Assembly: GCA_026387335.1 (NCBI GenBank)
Contig: JAPLLX010000003.1
Coordinates: 138,230-202,229, forward strand
Reading direction: 5' to 3'
Source: Candidatus Omnitrophota bacterium
GTDB lineage: Bacteria > Omnitrophota > Gorgyraeia > Gygaellales > Profunditerraquicolaceae
DNA: 64,000 bases
Shown: one piece after another, positions 8,932 to 19,088 of the stretch
Layout: every line of letters begins with the position of its first letter
Numbering within the stretch: position 1 is the stretch's first letter
The notes under the pieces: model-generated
Seen by the model: the letters and a program-made list of their open reading frames with translations, nothing else
What the model was told of the DNA's origin: nothing
The model's database searches: none
Made by a program: the position numbers and the translations under genes

Positions 8932-10871
8932 AGAATTTTACCCACCGCTTCGCTGATTAAAGAGTTATCTTTTAAGATATTGACAGCGGGGTTAGCGCGC
9001 CATATATCTTCTATTCTTACGCTCAATTCCTTAACCTCGCTTAAATATATATGATTATTGCCGGCTAAATTCCTAAGAAAATAGCGGTGTTTCGCGCTTA
9101 AACCCCCGGCCTTAAAAACAACTACAAATTTAGCGCTATTGGCTGCCTCCGAGACCATGGATATACTTTCCGGAGAACTAACGACTACTTTGCTTAAACC
9201 TAATATTCCGCCTACGGCTTCCGGAATGTTTTTTTCGTTGGCGATAAGCATAAGTTTGCAACGTTTAAAACCATCAAATTCCTGTTTTAATAACTGGGCA
9301 ACCTTGGCGGAAGTCCGCCGCGATGTAGTCAGGAGAATATCGGCGTTAATTTTATCCGCCGCGCGTTTAACCTCGCTTATGACTCCCCGCATAATATCAT
9401 TATCCAGGGTAAATTTCTTGCTATCCCCCCCGATTAATAACCCGATATAATCCGAACACGGATTTAGGTTACAGGAGCGGATTAATTTAGCGCCTTCTTC
9501 TTCCAGGTATTGCGGGCTCACCAGGTTAGGCGCCCCCATAGTCACCACTATGTTTTTTTTCTTTTTGGGCTTATCGTGCCTGGGAAGAATGACCAGGTCA
9601 AATTTCTTGGCACTTAAAAATTGGGGCCGCATAATCTGAACGGACTTGCTCAGGTTTTCCCGCGAAATTATAAAATTAATAGCGCTTAAGCCCGAACCGC
9701 AGGAGATAACAATATCCGGTCTAAACGAGCTAAGCGTTTTATAGGCGTTTGTATCAATAAATTTCCTTAAGCATCCCAGGCATCCCTGACAGTTATATTT
9801 GCCTGATAAAAGACTGCTTAAACTTAAAGCTGTTTTTAAAAATTTATTTTTAAACTTTACCTCGGTTATTTCCAGCCCTACCTTTATCCCCTTATTCTTC
9901 AATCTTTCGCTGATTATATTAGCGACAGCCTCTGACTGGCGCAGGTGTCCGGTCTTGCCATCGCTTAATATCAGTAGGCTGCGCTGGTTTGAATATTTCC
10001 AGATCTTATAAGTCCAAAGGTATTCTTTGGGATATTCCCGGATATATTCTTCAAATACCTGGACGGCTCTCCTTAAATTATCTTTTACATCCTTCTCTAA
10101 ATCCCCGGCTCTGCTTAACTCTATCTCCTTACCCACTAAAACTTTTATCTTTGGTCCGCTCTTTCTGGTAAAATATACCGGGACAACGCTGGAACCGTAT
10201 TTTAAGGCTAACTTGATCCCTCCGGTAGACATAGAAGCGGTACGGCCAAAAAATTCCACTAAATCCCCTCCTTTACCCCCCTGATCAAGGGTTATCCCGA
10301 CCGTAGCGTTATTTTTGAGCGCGTCAATTAATTGTTTCAAGCCCCCTTCTTTGGTGATTATCGAGCAGCCTTTTTGGCGACGGTAATTATTCAGTAGTTC
10401 ATTCAAACGGGGGAAACTCTGGCCCTTTACAAAAAGATAGAATGGAAAACCCAGGTTGGCGCAGATAATATTGGAAAGCTCCCAACTTCCTGCGTGAACG
10501 GCAAGAAGAATAACGCCCTTGCCTTTTTTTAAGCCCGCGTAAATATTTTCTAATCCCTCTATTTCTATATATTTTTTCATGTAGGCCTGGCCTACTTTAG
10601 GGATAAGGAATATCTCGATCAGGCTTTGGCCAAATGACTCATAAAATTCTTTCGTAATTTTAGTGATAGCTTTTGGGGAAAGTTTACTGCCAAAAGCCGC
10701 CTTAATATTGGCATAGCTCCTGGCCCTATGCTTAAAATCAAAATAGTAAAAACAATTCCCCAACAGCTGCCCTAAGAAAAGGCTAGCCTCAACCGGGATA
10801 AACCTAAGAACGGCTCCCAGTACCTTAAATAGAATACAGGCCAAGTAATCCAGTAACGAGTTGTTCTTCAT
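8928..10871 (-). CDS. lipid A biosynthesis (Kdo2-lipid IVA) acyltransferase LpxL/HtrB-like domain fused to an ELM1/DUF1022-family putative glycosyltransferase domain
   Basis: The N-terminal ~300 aa have LpxL-family features (HAGSWELSN; GITLDQGG). The C-terminal ~340 aa begin LLILSDGKTGHLRQSEA, resembling the ELM1-family signature vLsDGkaGhenQ. Confidence 0.65.
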   Translation of the reverse strand: MKNNSLLDYLACILFKVLGAVLRFIPVEASLFLGQLLGNCFYYFDFKHRARSYANIKAAFGSKLSPKAITKITKEFYESFGQSLIEIFLIPKVGQAYMKKYIEIEGLENIYAGLKKGKGVILLAVHAGSWELSNIICANLGFPFYLFVKGQSFPRLNELLNNYRRQKGCSIITKEGGLKQLIDALKNNATVGITLDQGGKGGDLVEFFGRTASMSTGGIKLALKYGSSVVPVYFTRKSGPKIKVLVGKEIELSRAGDLEKDVKDNLRRAVQVFEEYIREYPKEYLWTYKIWKYSNQRSLLILSDGKTGHLRQSEAVANIISERLKNKGIKVGLEITEVKFKNKFLKTALSLSSLLSGKYNCQGCLGCLRKFIDTNAYKTLSSFRPDIVISCGSGLSAINFIISRENLSKSVQIMRPQFLSAKKFDLVILPRHDKPKKKKNIVVTMGAPNLVSPQYLEEEGAKLIRSCNLNPCSDYIGLLIGGDSKKFTLDNDIMRGVISEVKRAADKINADILLTTSRRTSAKVAQLLKQEFDGFKRCKLMLIANEKNIPEAVGGILGLSKVVVSSPESISMVSEAANSAKFVVVFKAGGLSAKHRYFLRNLAGNNHIYLSEVKELSVRIEDIWRANPAVNILKDNSLISEAVGKIL

Positions 10872-11871
10872 TTTTTGTGATTTTTAAGGCGATGCGTAAA
10901 ACTAATACCGGATACCCTTTAAATATCTTTAGCTTACTTTCAGATAATCTGGCAGCGTCTTTTTCGGTGGTAATGATCACCTGAAGTTTCTTTTCCCGGC
11001 ATCTGGAAATGATCCCGGACAAATCTTCCGGGCTATAATTATAGTGGTCCGCAAATCTTAGATCCAGGCCTACCTTTATTCCTAAACTGCTGATCAATTT
11101 GGTAAACGAATACGGGTCGCCGATCCCGGAAAATAAAGCCGCGCTTTTGTCTTTAAGCTGGCTTAAACTCAATGATTTATCCGGGTGATTGATTTCATAA
11201 AATCCGGCTGCTTCATGGACTGATTCTATGACCGGAATAGCCGCGTTAATTTTATTTAAACAACTTTTAATATTTTCTAAATCGTTGGTCAGGTTGGTCT
11301 TGGTCAAAACAAAGAGATCCGCGGCCTTAAGCGCAGAAAGCGGCTCGCGCAATATTCCCCGCGGCAGCATATGCCGGTTGCCGAATCCCTGGGGAGCGCT
11401 GACCGCTACAACCTCTAAATCTTTAATTATGCGCCATTGCTGCATACCGTCATCCAGAATAACTGTGTCGGCGCCATACTCCTGGACCGCTCTTCTAGCG
11501 GCCCTGGCCCTGTCTTTATCCACAATTACCGGAATGCCTCCTAAGTTCTTAAGCAGCATAGCCGGCTCATCGCCAAGAGAATCTTTGAGTTTCTTATATC
11601 CCCGGCTTAAAACCGCGACCTTATGGCCTTTGGCTTTAAGGAAACGGGCGACAAACTCTACCAGCGAAGTCTTGCCTGTGCCGCCAACAGTAATATTACC
11701 GATACTGATGACTTTACAATTTAGTTTAAGCGGCCTGAATGAATAAAACAAGATCAGCCCTCTTATTATAGCGCCATAGACAAAAGAGAGTAAAAGCAGG
11801 GGAATTTTTAACAATAAAGCCAGGGGCCCCTGATACCTATCGGTTGCCAGGTTATAAAGATGCTCTTTCAT
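10825..11871 (-). CDS. lpxK: tetraacyldisaccharide 4'-kinase
   Basis: ISIGNITVGGTGKTSLVEFVARFLKAKGHKVAVLSRGY is a P-loop in LpxK context. Confidence 0.8.
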   Translation of the reverse strand: MKEHLYNLATDRYQGPLALLLKIPLLLLSFVYGAIIRGLILFYSFRPLKLNCKVISIGNITVGGTGKTSLVEFVARFLKAKGHKVAVLSRGYKKLKDSLGDEPAMLLKNLGGIPVIVDKDRARAARRAVQEYGADTVILDDGMQQWRIIKDLEVVAVSAPQGFGNRHMLPRGILREPLSALKAADLFVLTKTNLTNDLENIKSCLNKINAAIPVIESVHEAAGFYEINHPDKSLSLSQLKDKSAALFSGIGDPYSFTKLISSLGIKVGLDLRFADHYNYSPEDLSGIISRCREKKLQVIITTEKDAARLSESKLKIFKGYPVLVLRIALKITKNEEQLVTGLLGLYSI

Positions 11872-11960
11872 ATTAGTTTATTATGATAGCACAGCCAAAA
11901 TCAAGAATCAACAGCTTTATCAGGCAAAAAAGCCTATAAAGGACAAAGAGATAGGAGAAA

Positions 11961-12617
11961 TTACGGCTTAATCAAACTTGGGATTTCCTGCAATTTATTA
12001 ATAATAAGGTCGGCTTTCTTTAGGTATTCTTTAGGCAGGCTGGTAGTAATTGCGACGCAAGACATGCCTGCTCTTTTAGCGGATTCTATGCCCAGGGGCG
12101 CGTTTTCTATCACCAGGCAGGAACTCGGGCTTAGGCCAAAAAGGCCGGCAGCTCTTAGATACGGCTCAGGATCAGGCTTACCTTTCTTTACCTGGTCTCC
12201 GGCTACAATGACTTTAAATAAAGAGATAACCTTAAGGGGCAGGATTGAATTTACCTCATTTTTAGGGGTACCGGTAACTAAGCCTAAGGCATAACCTTGC
12301 CCTTTGAGAGACGCTAAAAGCTTCTCTACCCCGCTAAAAACAAAACGTTTAAAAAGTTTCTTAAATATCTTCTGGCGCTTGATAAACACCTCTCTTAAAA
12401 GCTTAGGCACGGGCTTTATGCCTGACTGGATAAACAAATCCTTAAGCGTATCGTTCCACTTCTCGCCTTCTTTAGAATACACGTCAAAACAGCTCACCCG
12501 CACGCCATAGGGCCTGAGGGCCTCATACCAAGCCAGAAAATGATACGGCATAGAATCAATGATCACGCCATCCATATCAAAAATTATTGCTGCGGGTTTG
12601 ATTTTCAGTTTGGGCAT
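11961..12617 (-). CDS. HAD-IA family hydrolase (beta-phosphoglucomutase-like phosphatase)
   Basis: IIFDMDGVIIDS is HAD motif I, and the length is 218 aa. Confidence 0.7.
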   Translation of the reverse strand: MPKLKIKPAAIIFDMDGVIIDSMPYHFLAWYEALRPYGVRVSCFDVYSKEGEKWNDTLKDLFIQSGIKPVPKLLREVFIKRQKIFKKLFKRFVFSGVEKLLASLKGQGYALGLVTGTPKNEVNSILPLKVISLFKVIVAGDQVKKGKPDPEPYLRAAGLFGLSPSSCLVIENAPLGIESAKRAGMSCVAITTSLPKEYLKKADLIINKLQEIPSLIKP

Positions 12618-12625
12618 TTTCTTAT

Positions 12626-13345
12626 CTATTCCGGCGAGATTAAAGAAAGGTTGCGCTCAATAAATTCCACCAGCTCCTGTTGCGTATTTAACGGCAGGTT
12701 GACGAATTCTATCCCCATCCCGGGATAAGAATGCGGCTGGACCTGTTTATCCGGGATCCAGACTACCTTGCCTTCCAGTTCCAGCTCTTTAGACTTAGGA
12801 GGAAGCTTGATCTTAAGAGTCACTTCATCCCCCAGCCTGAACTTATCGCAACCAAATATAAAAGCGCCTACGCCGCTTAAATTCAGAAGATCCAGTTTTA
12901 AGCAAATGGGGGGCCGCTCATGTTTAGATTTCAATTCTACTTTTATATCGATCGGCAGGCGTTTAAAACGCCGGCGCAGCTGCATCTTTTTTATATCTTC
13001 AATGATCTTATCTTCTTTAAAACTGTTCAGGGCCTGCTCTTCGTTGGCGTACATTTCAATCACCCTGTCTAATCCGGCGATGCAAAAAATATTCTTGATC
13101 GCTACCGGCACATTACAGAATTTCATCCTTCCCTGGTTATTCACTATCTCCTTGTAGGCGATAACAATCACGGATGTGCCCATATAATCAATGAAGTCCA
13201 CCTCTTCCAGATTACAGAGAATATCTTTATACCCGTCATGGACGCACTGGCCGACTACTTCCACTAAATTGGCCGAGTCCACATCAATACGCTCGGATAG
13301 GTCCAAAACAATGACGCCGTTAATCTGCCTGATTTTAATTTCCAT
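12626..13345 (-). CDS. STAS (anti-sigma-factor antagonist-like) domain fused to a PilZ c-di-GMP-binding domain
   Basis: The N-terminal ~110 aa have SpoIIAA-like STAS topology. The C-terminus carries RRRFKR (RxxxR) and, ~25 aa later, NLSGVG (D/NxSxxG) plus GMGIEF. The start overlaps the end of kdtA. Confidence 0.65.
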   Translation of the reverse strand: MEIKIRQINGVIVLDLSERIDVDSANLVEVVGQCVHDGYKDILCNLEEVDFIDYMGTSVIVIAYKEIVNNQGRMKFCNVPVAIKNIFCIAGLDRVIEMYANEEQALNSFKEDKIIEDIKKMQLRRRFKRLPIDIKVELKSKHERPPICLKLDLLNLSGVGAFIFGCDKFRLGDEVTLKIKLPPKSKELELEGKVVWIPDKQVQPHSYPGMGIEFVNLPLNTQQELVEFIERNLSLISPE

Positions 13346-14603
13346 CGGATAACCCTATAAATTTAATTGCGTCCATATTTCTTAAGGTCGCGCCCTGATT
13401 TCCGGCGATCACTTCCTTGGCGTTAGCCGCCAGCTGGGTTGCCCGGGAATCGCTTTTTAATATTTCTTCCAGGGCCAAGGCCAGATCCGCTTCGGTCTTG
13501 ACCATTATCGCGGCATTATTCTTCAGGAACATCCCGGATATATCCCGGAAATTAAACATGTGCGGCCCGAAAATTACCGGCTTGCCAAAATTAGCCGGCT
13601 CCAGAATATTGTGCCCGCCTCTTTTAATCAGACTTCCGCCCACGAATACGATGTCCGCGGCCGAATAGAAATTCACTAATTCTCCGACGGTATCCAGAAT
13701 AAAGACAGGATTATCTTTAGAACTGACATTAACCGAGTTTAACCTAGAGATCTCCAAACCCTTAAACCCATAAGCAGCTGTTATTTTTAAGAGGTCTCTT
13801 GCTCTTTGCGGATGCCTGGGCGCGATTAAAAGCTTAAGGCCGGGGAATTTATTTAAAAGCCCCGCATAGGCCCTTAAAATTATCTCTTCTTCTCCCGGGT
13901 GGGTTGAACCGGCGATCAATAATTTATCGCTAAAACTTAAACCCAGTTTTTCCCTGTATCCCTGCGCCTGAGCCAGGCCTAACTGGTCAAATTTCATATT
14001 TCCGGTCACTTTTACTTTATCCGGGATAGCCCCTAACCGCCTAAGTCTGTGCGCGTCGGATTCTGTCTGCGCGCAAAATAAATTTATTTTATTTAAGATA
14101 GGTTTGATTAAAAACCTGACCGCTAAATACCCTTTAAAAGAGGCATCGGATATCCGGGCGTTTACAGTGACAATGGGTATATTTTTTTTATGCAGATAGG
14201 TTATCAGGTTCGGCCATAGCTCAGTTTCAGCGATAATAAAAATACCCGGATTGATCCTGTTGATCACCTTTCTGACCGTAAAACTAAAATCCAAAGGCAG
14301 ATAAGTGACCAGGTCCCTATCTTTAGCTATAGTCTTAGCGATTTTATTCCCGGCGGGAGTAACCGTAGAGATAACGAATTTCTTATCCGGATAAACCTTG
14401 CGCAACTCTTCCACCAAGCCGCGGATAGATATGGCCTCGCCTAAACTTACGGCGTGGATCCAAATCGGCCTAGCTAATGATAGATCCTTAAAAGGCGCTC
14501 CTAAACGCGCTAAAAACCCGCGATGGAACTTACCTTTAAACAAATACGCCGGCAGGCAAACTAAAGTAAATACCAGAAATATTAAATCATATAATATAAA
14601 CAT
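13335..14603 (-). CDS. waaA: 3-deoxy-D-manno-octulosonic acid (Kdo) transferase
   Basis: ARLGAPFKDL...IWIHAVSLGEAISIRGLVEEL matches GT30 KdtA. Confidence 0.85.
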   Translation of the reverse strand: MFILYDLIFLVFTLVCLPAYLFKGKFHRGFLARLGAPFKDLSLARPIWIHAVSLGEAISIRGLVEELRKVYPDKKFVISTVTPAGNKIAKTIAKDRDLVTYLPLDFSFTVRKVINRINPGIFIIAETELWPNLITYLHKKNIPIVTVNARISDASFKGYLAVRFLIKPILNKINLFCAQTESDAHRLRRLGAIPDKVKVTGNMKFDQLGLAQAQGYREKLGLSFSDKLLIAGSTHPGEEEIILRAYAGLLNKFPGLKLLIAPRHPQRARDLLKITAAYGFKGLEISRLNSVNVSSKDNPVFILDTVGELVNFYSAADIVFVGGSLIKRGGHNILEPANFGKPVIFGPHMFNFRDISGMFLKNNAAIMVKTEADLALALEEILKSDSRATQLAANAKEVIAGNQGATLRNMDAIKFIGLSDGN

Positions 14604-14611
14604 ATTTTTCC

Positions 14612-15484
14612 TCAGGCATGCGGATGGGCCTTATCGTAAACGCTCTTTAGCCTATCGGTTGTTAAATGCGTGTAAATCTGCGTAGAGGACAGGTTCGCGT
14701 GCCCCAACAACTCTTGTACTGTACGCAAATCCGCTCCCCTGTTCAATAAGTGCGTGGCAAAAGAATGCCGGAAGGTATGGGGAGAGACTCCCCGGGCAAT
14801 GCCGGCGCCCTTTAAATACTTCTCCACTATATTGCGTACGCCTCTGGTAGAGATCCGTTTACCGTTCTTATTCAAAAATAAAGCGGTACTTTGCTTTTTT
14901 CTTTTATCCAGATACTTTCTGATGGCGTTTAAAGCCGCGTCGCCTATGGGCACGACCCTTTCTTTTTTTCCTTTTCCAAAAGCCTTAACTACGCCGGATA
15001 TAAAATCTACATCCTCAATACTTAAAGAGACCAGCTCCGATATCCTTAAACCGCTGGAATAAAAAGTTTCCAGTATCGCCCGGTCGCGTAAACCAAATTC
15101 ATCCTTTTCATTTTTGGCAAAAGCGGACTCGATCAATCTTGCTACTTCTTCTTCGGTCATAAAAGAAGGTAGATGCTTATCCAACTTGGGGCTAGAGAGC
15201 ATAAGAATAGGATTGGTTTTAATATACCCTTCGCGGCTAAGGAACCTAAAAAAACTGCGTAGCGCGGATAAGTGCCGGCCAACGCTTCTATTCCCCAAGC
15301 TCTTCTCTTTTAAAACCGCCAGGTATTTTCTTAGAAGCAGGTAATCTATTTTATCCAGGCTAAGCTCGCCGCAGAATTTGCTGAAATCCTTTAAATCCAC
15401 CTTATAATTTATTAAGGTGTGCTGCGAATAATTCTTCTCGATCTCCATATAACGCATGAATCTTTCAATGTATTTATCCATCAT
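14612..15484 (-). CDS. tyrosine recombinase XerC/XerD
   Basis: The C-terminal HTFRHSFATHLLNRGADLRTVQELLGHANLSSTQIYTH contains the catalytic R, H and Y. Confidence 0.85.
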   Translation of the reverse strand: MMDKYIERFMRYMEIEKNYSQHTLINYKVDLKDFSKFCGELSLDKIDYLLLRKYLAVLKEKSLGNRSVGRHLSALRSFFRFLSREGYIKTNPILMLSSPKLDKHLPSFMTEEEVARLIESAFAKNEKDEFGLRDRAILETFYSSGLRISELVSLSIEDVDFISGVVKAFGKGKKERVVPIGDAALNAIRKYLDKRKKQSTALFLNKNGKRISTRGVRNIVEKYLKGAGIARGVSPHTFRHSFATHLLNRGADLRTVQELLGHANLSSTQIYTHLTTDRLKSVYDKAHPHA

Positions 15485-15487
15485 ATA

Positions 15488-17464
15488 CTATTCTTTATCC
15501 TCCGGAAGAGCGCGCGAGGTAAAAGTACACTTGGGGAAATTAGAACAACCGTAGAAGAATCCACGCACAGAGCGGCGCTCGATCAATTCTCCGCCGCAAC
15601 CCTCCTGCGGGCACTTTACGCCGCTAGTGATAGATTTAGAGTTTTTACAGGTCGGGAAATCCGAACAACTTAAAAATTTTCCTCTCCTGCCCCACTTAAC
15701 GATCATGGGTTTGCCGCACTGAGCGCAAACCTGATCCGTAGTGATGACTTCCTTTTTAATATTTCCTTGAGCAAACTCCAGGCTCACCTTAAAAGGAGCG
15801 TAAAAGTCTTCTAAGACCTTAAGCCGCTTAAGTGTGCCCTCTTCAATCTGGTCCAGCTCTTCCTCCATGGCGGCGGTAAACTTTACATCAATGATCTTAG
15901 GAAAATATTCAACTAATAGATCACTCACCTTAAAACCTAACTCCGTAGGATTCAGGTAACCTTTAATCCGGCGGGTGTAATCGCGCAATATCAGGGTATA
16001 AATTATCGGCGCATAGGTCGAGGGCCGGCCAATACCATCTTCTTCCAGCGCTTTGATCAAGGAGCTATCCGAATAGCGGGCAGGCGGCTTGGTAAAATGC
16101 TGCGAAGGTAAAAGCTTTAATAACTCTAATAATTCGCCCTCTGCTAAAACCGGTAGCACATTCTTTTTTTCCTTTTCTTGCTCCTCAGCGTTCTCCTCAT
16201 CGATCTTAGCGTAGGCCGCCATAAACCCGCTAAAAATAAGCGTGCTTCCTGAAGCGTTAAATTGATATTTACCCGCTTCTATGGCCACCGAAGTAACGGC
16301 GTATATAGCCGGTTTCATTTGGCTGGCTACAAACCGGTTATAAATTAACTCATACAATTTAATCTGATCTGGAGTTAAGAAATTTTTCAGGCCCTGCGGG
16401 TGACGCGAAACAAAAGTCGGGCGGATCGCCTCATGCGCTTCCTGAGCCAACTTCTTAACCTTATAGTAATTCGGCGCCTCCGGAAGATGCTCTTTACCAA
16501 AACTTCTGGCGATATAATCGCGCACTTCAGAAATAGCTTCAGGCGCGACCCGCGGAGAATCCGTACGCATATAAGTGATTAAGCCGACCGGGTTATCCGT
16601 ACCTATATCAATACCTTCATAAAGCTGTTGGGCTATAGACATTGTCCGGTTGGCGTTAAACCTTAAACGGTTAAAGGCATCCTGCTGCAGAGTGCTGGTA
16701 ATGAAAGGCGCGTCCGGGTAACGCTTCTTTTCGCTCTTTTTTACCTGGGCGACCCGGAATTGTTGCGTTTGAATATCGGCGCATAATCTATCCGCTTCTT
16801 CCTTATTCTTGATCTCGGCTTTCTGGGAATCTATTTTATCCAGCTTAGCGCTAAATTCGCTATCGGCCTTGGCCAATTGCGCCTCAATCTCCCAGTATTC
16901 CCGCGCAACAAATTTCTGGATCTCTCTCTCCCTTTCGATAATCAATCGCAGGGCCACTGACTGGACGCGCCCGGCGCTTAAGCCCCGGGCGATTTTTTTC
17001 CAGAGCAAAGGACTTAAAAAATAACCCATTATTCTGTCTAATATGCGCCTGCCTATCTGAGCCTCTACCATATTTAAGTCAAATTCCCGCGGGTGTTTGA
17101 ACGCCTCTTTAACCGCGCTGGGGGTAATTTCATGGAAAGTAACGCGCAGAATATTTGCTTTATTTAAAATTCTCTCTTTAATCTGCCAGCCGATGGCCTC
17201 GCCTTCCCGGTCAGGATCGGTAGCGATATACACGGTTTCTTTGCCTTTAGCTTCTTTTTTAAGTTCAGTTACGACCTTTTGCCTGCCGGTTAAAGTCACG
17301 TATTCCGGTTCAAATTTATTTTCTATATCCACCCCGAGTTTTTTTTGCGGCAGGTCGATAATATGCCCCATAGAAGATACGACGCTGAAACTTTCCCCTA
17401 AGATCTTACCTATGGTTTTAGCCTTAGTCGGAGATTCAACAATAACCAAACCTTTTTTCTTCAT
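15488..17464 (-). CDS. topA: DNA topoisomerase I
   Basis: A Toprim/TopA core is followed by C-terminal Cys4 zinc ribbons (CAQCGKPM...C..C; CPQEGCGG...C..C). Confidence 0.9.
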   Translation of the reverse strand: MKKKGLVIVESPTKAKTIGKILGESFSVVSSMGHIIDLPQKKLGVDIENKFEPEYVTLTGRQKVVTELKKEAKGKETVYIATDPDREGEAIGWQIKERILNKANILRVTFHEITPSAVKEAFKHPREFDLNMVEAQIGRRILDRIMGYFLSPLLWKKIARGLSAGRVQSVALRLIIEREREIQKFVAREYWEIEAQLAKADSEFSAKLDKIDSQKAEIKNKEEADRLCADIQTQQFRVAQVKKSEKKRYPDAPFITSTLQQDAFNRLRFNANRTMSIAQQLYEGIDIGTDNPVGLITYMRTDSPRVAPEAISEVRDYIARSFGKEHLPEAPNYYKVKKLAQEAHEAIRPTFVSRHPQGLKNFLTPDQIKLYELIYNRFVASQMKPAIYAVTSVAIEAGKYQFNASGSTLIFSGFMAAYAKIDEENAEEQEKEKKNVLPVLAEGELLELLKLLPSQHFTKPPARYSDSSLIKALEEDGIGRPSTYAPIIYTLILRDYTRRIKGYLNPTELGFKVSDLLVEYFPKIIDVKFTAAMEEELDQIEEGTLKRLKVLEDFYAPFKVSLEFAQGNIKKEVITTDQVCAQCGKPMIVKWGRRGKFLSCSDFPTCKNSKSITSGVKCPQEGCGGELIERRSVRGFFYGCSNFPKCTFTSRALPEDKE

Positions 17465-18552
17465 TAAGAATTCCTCACAAATTGTTTACCCGGAAGTTGT
17501 TTAATTAATTTCCTGAACTGCAGATTTAAAAGGATGCCGGAAATTTCAGAAACATCCATATTCGCTTTCTCGATCAAATCATCCAGGGTTACTGCTTGCG
17601 GCGTTATTAATTCATAAAGCCTATTTTCTTTTTCATTGCCGGAATTGCGCCTTAAATTCCTATTCTCTTTCGGCACAGGGGCGGCAGTAAAACTAAATTC
17701 TTCCAATATATCCGTAACCTGGGTAACTAATTTCGCTCCCTGCTTAAGCAATTCATTGGTGCCAAAAGAAGATGCTGAATCAATTTTCCCGGGTAGGGCG
17801 AATACCTCTCTTCCCTGTTCCAGCGCGAAATCCGCGGTAATCAGGGCCCCGCTGTTCTTAGCCGCTTCGGCGACCAAGACTCCCAGGCTTAAACCGCTGA
17901 TAACCCGGTTACGCCGGGGGAAATTCTCCTTCAACGGCTTTTCGTTTAACGGAAATTCGGAGATTACCGCTCCCGAGCGCGAGATCTCCTCGGAAAATTC
18001 TTTATTCTCCGGAGGATAAATATTATTAAACCCGCTACCCATGACGGCTATAGTCCGGCCGCCTGCCTTTAACGCGGCCCGATGAGCAGAAGTATCTATT
18101 CCGCGGGCCATCCCCGAAACAATCGTAAATCCAGCGGCTGCCAATTCAGAGGCGAATTTGCCAGCCGCGCTTAATCCGTAGAAACTGGCCTGCCGCGAAC
18201 CGACAATACCTATGGATAGAGAATCTTGCGGCTTGATATCGCCTTTTACATAAAGCACGATAGGCAAACCCGGAATATTTTTTAAATTTTCCGGGTAAGC
18301 CGCATCTTCAAAGGTAATAATCTTTAAGGAAAGCTTACGGCAGAGGTCTAATTCTTTGGCTAAATCTTCTTTTTTAAAAGAATTTATCCGGCTGGCTAAA
18401 TTTTCACCGATCCCGGATACCGCGACCAGTTTTTCTACTGTCGCTTCGAATATTTCCTGCGGCGAGCCAAAATTTTCCAGCAGGTTTTTTAGCCGAACGC
18501 TGCCTATACTACCTGCCATGTTTAAAGCAACCAATGCCTCTAATCTTGTCAT
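17464..18552 (-). CDS. dprA: DNA processing protein DprA/Smf
   Basis: GIVGSRQASFYGLSAAGKFASELAAAGFTIVSGMARGIDTSAHRAAL is the DprA Rossmann signature. Confidence 0.85.
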   Translation of the reverse strand: MTRLEALVALNMAGSIGSVRLKNLLENFGSPQEIFEATVEKLVAVSGIGENLASRINSFKKEDLAKELDLCRKLSLKIITFEDAAYPENLKNIPGLPIVLYVKGDIKPQDSLSIGIVGSRQASFYGLSAAGKFASELAAAGFTIVSGMARGIDTSAHRAALKAGGRTIAVMGSGFNNIYPPENKEFSEEISRSGAVISEFPLNEKPLKENFPRRNRVISGLSLGVLVAEAAKNSGALITADFALEQGREVFALPGKIDSASSFGTNELLKQGAKLVTQVTDILEEFSFTAAPVPKENRNLRRNSGNEKENRLYELITPQAVTLDDLIEKANMDVSEISGILLNLQFRKLIKQLPGKQFVRNS

Positions 18553-18568
18553 ATATTTAACGCGCCGC

Positions 18569-19081
18569 TTATTGTTTATTCCCCGGTAATAATTTTAAGA
18601 TTTTAGCAACTACTTCCTTTACCGAAAACTTGGATGTATCTATTGTTTTATCGGCTAAAGCGTAATAAGGCGAGCGCAGCTTAAGCAGCAACCCTATTCT
18701 TTCTTTAGGGTTCTTAACATTAAGCAGCGGCCTGTGCGTTGAGCCGGAGACCCTTTTCAATATTACCGCGGGCTCTGCGCTCAAGCAGATGACTATACCG
18801 CTCTTTTTCATAATCTTAATATTTCTTTCATCAATGACTATTCCTCCGCCACAGCCGACCACAAAGTTCTTTTCTTTGGCTACTTCTTTTAACACCTTAC
18901 TTTCTACGCGCCTGAAATACGGTTCGCCAGCCTGAGCGAAGATATCCGGAATACTCCTTCTCTCTTTTAACTCAATTAGTTCATCCAGGTCAACAAACCG
19001 CCATTTCTTATTTTTGGCCAGTTCGCTTCCTACGGCGCTTTTGCCTGTGCCCATAAATCCGACTAAATAAATATTCTTCAT
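18569..19081 (-). CDS. aroK: shikimate kinase
   Basis: MKNIYLVGFMGTGKSAVG is a P-loop, and the length is 170 aa. Confidence 0.8.
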   Translation of the reverse strand: MKNIYLVGFMGTGKSAVGSELAKNKKWRFVDLDELIELKERRSIPDIFAQAGEPYFRRVESKVLKEVAKEKNFVVGCGGGIVIDERNIKIMKKSGIVICLSAEPAVILKRVSGSTHRPLLNVKNPKERIGLLLKLRSPYYALADKTIDTSKFSVKEVVAKILKLLPGNKQ

Positions 19082-19088
19082 TTTAATT

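Noticed and set aside
11915-11945. 10-bp stem hairpin (cTTTATcAGGC-aaaaaa-GCCTATAAAg) between the HAD gene and lpxK
   Set aside because: There is no U-tract on the transcribed (minus) side, so it is not an intrinsic terminator. It is a single copy and is noted only as a possible RNA processing hairpin.
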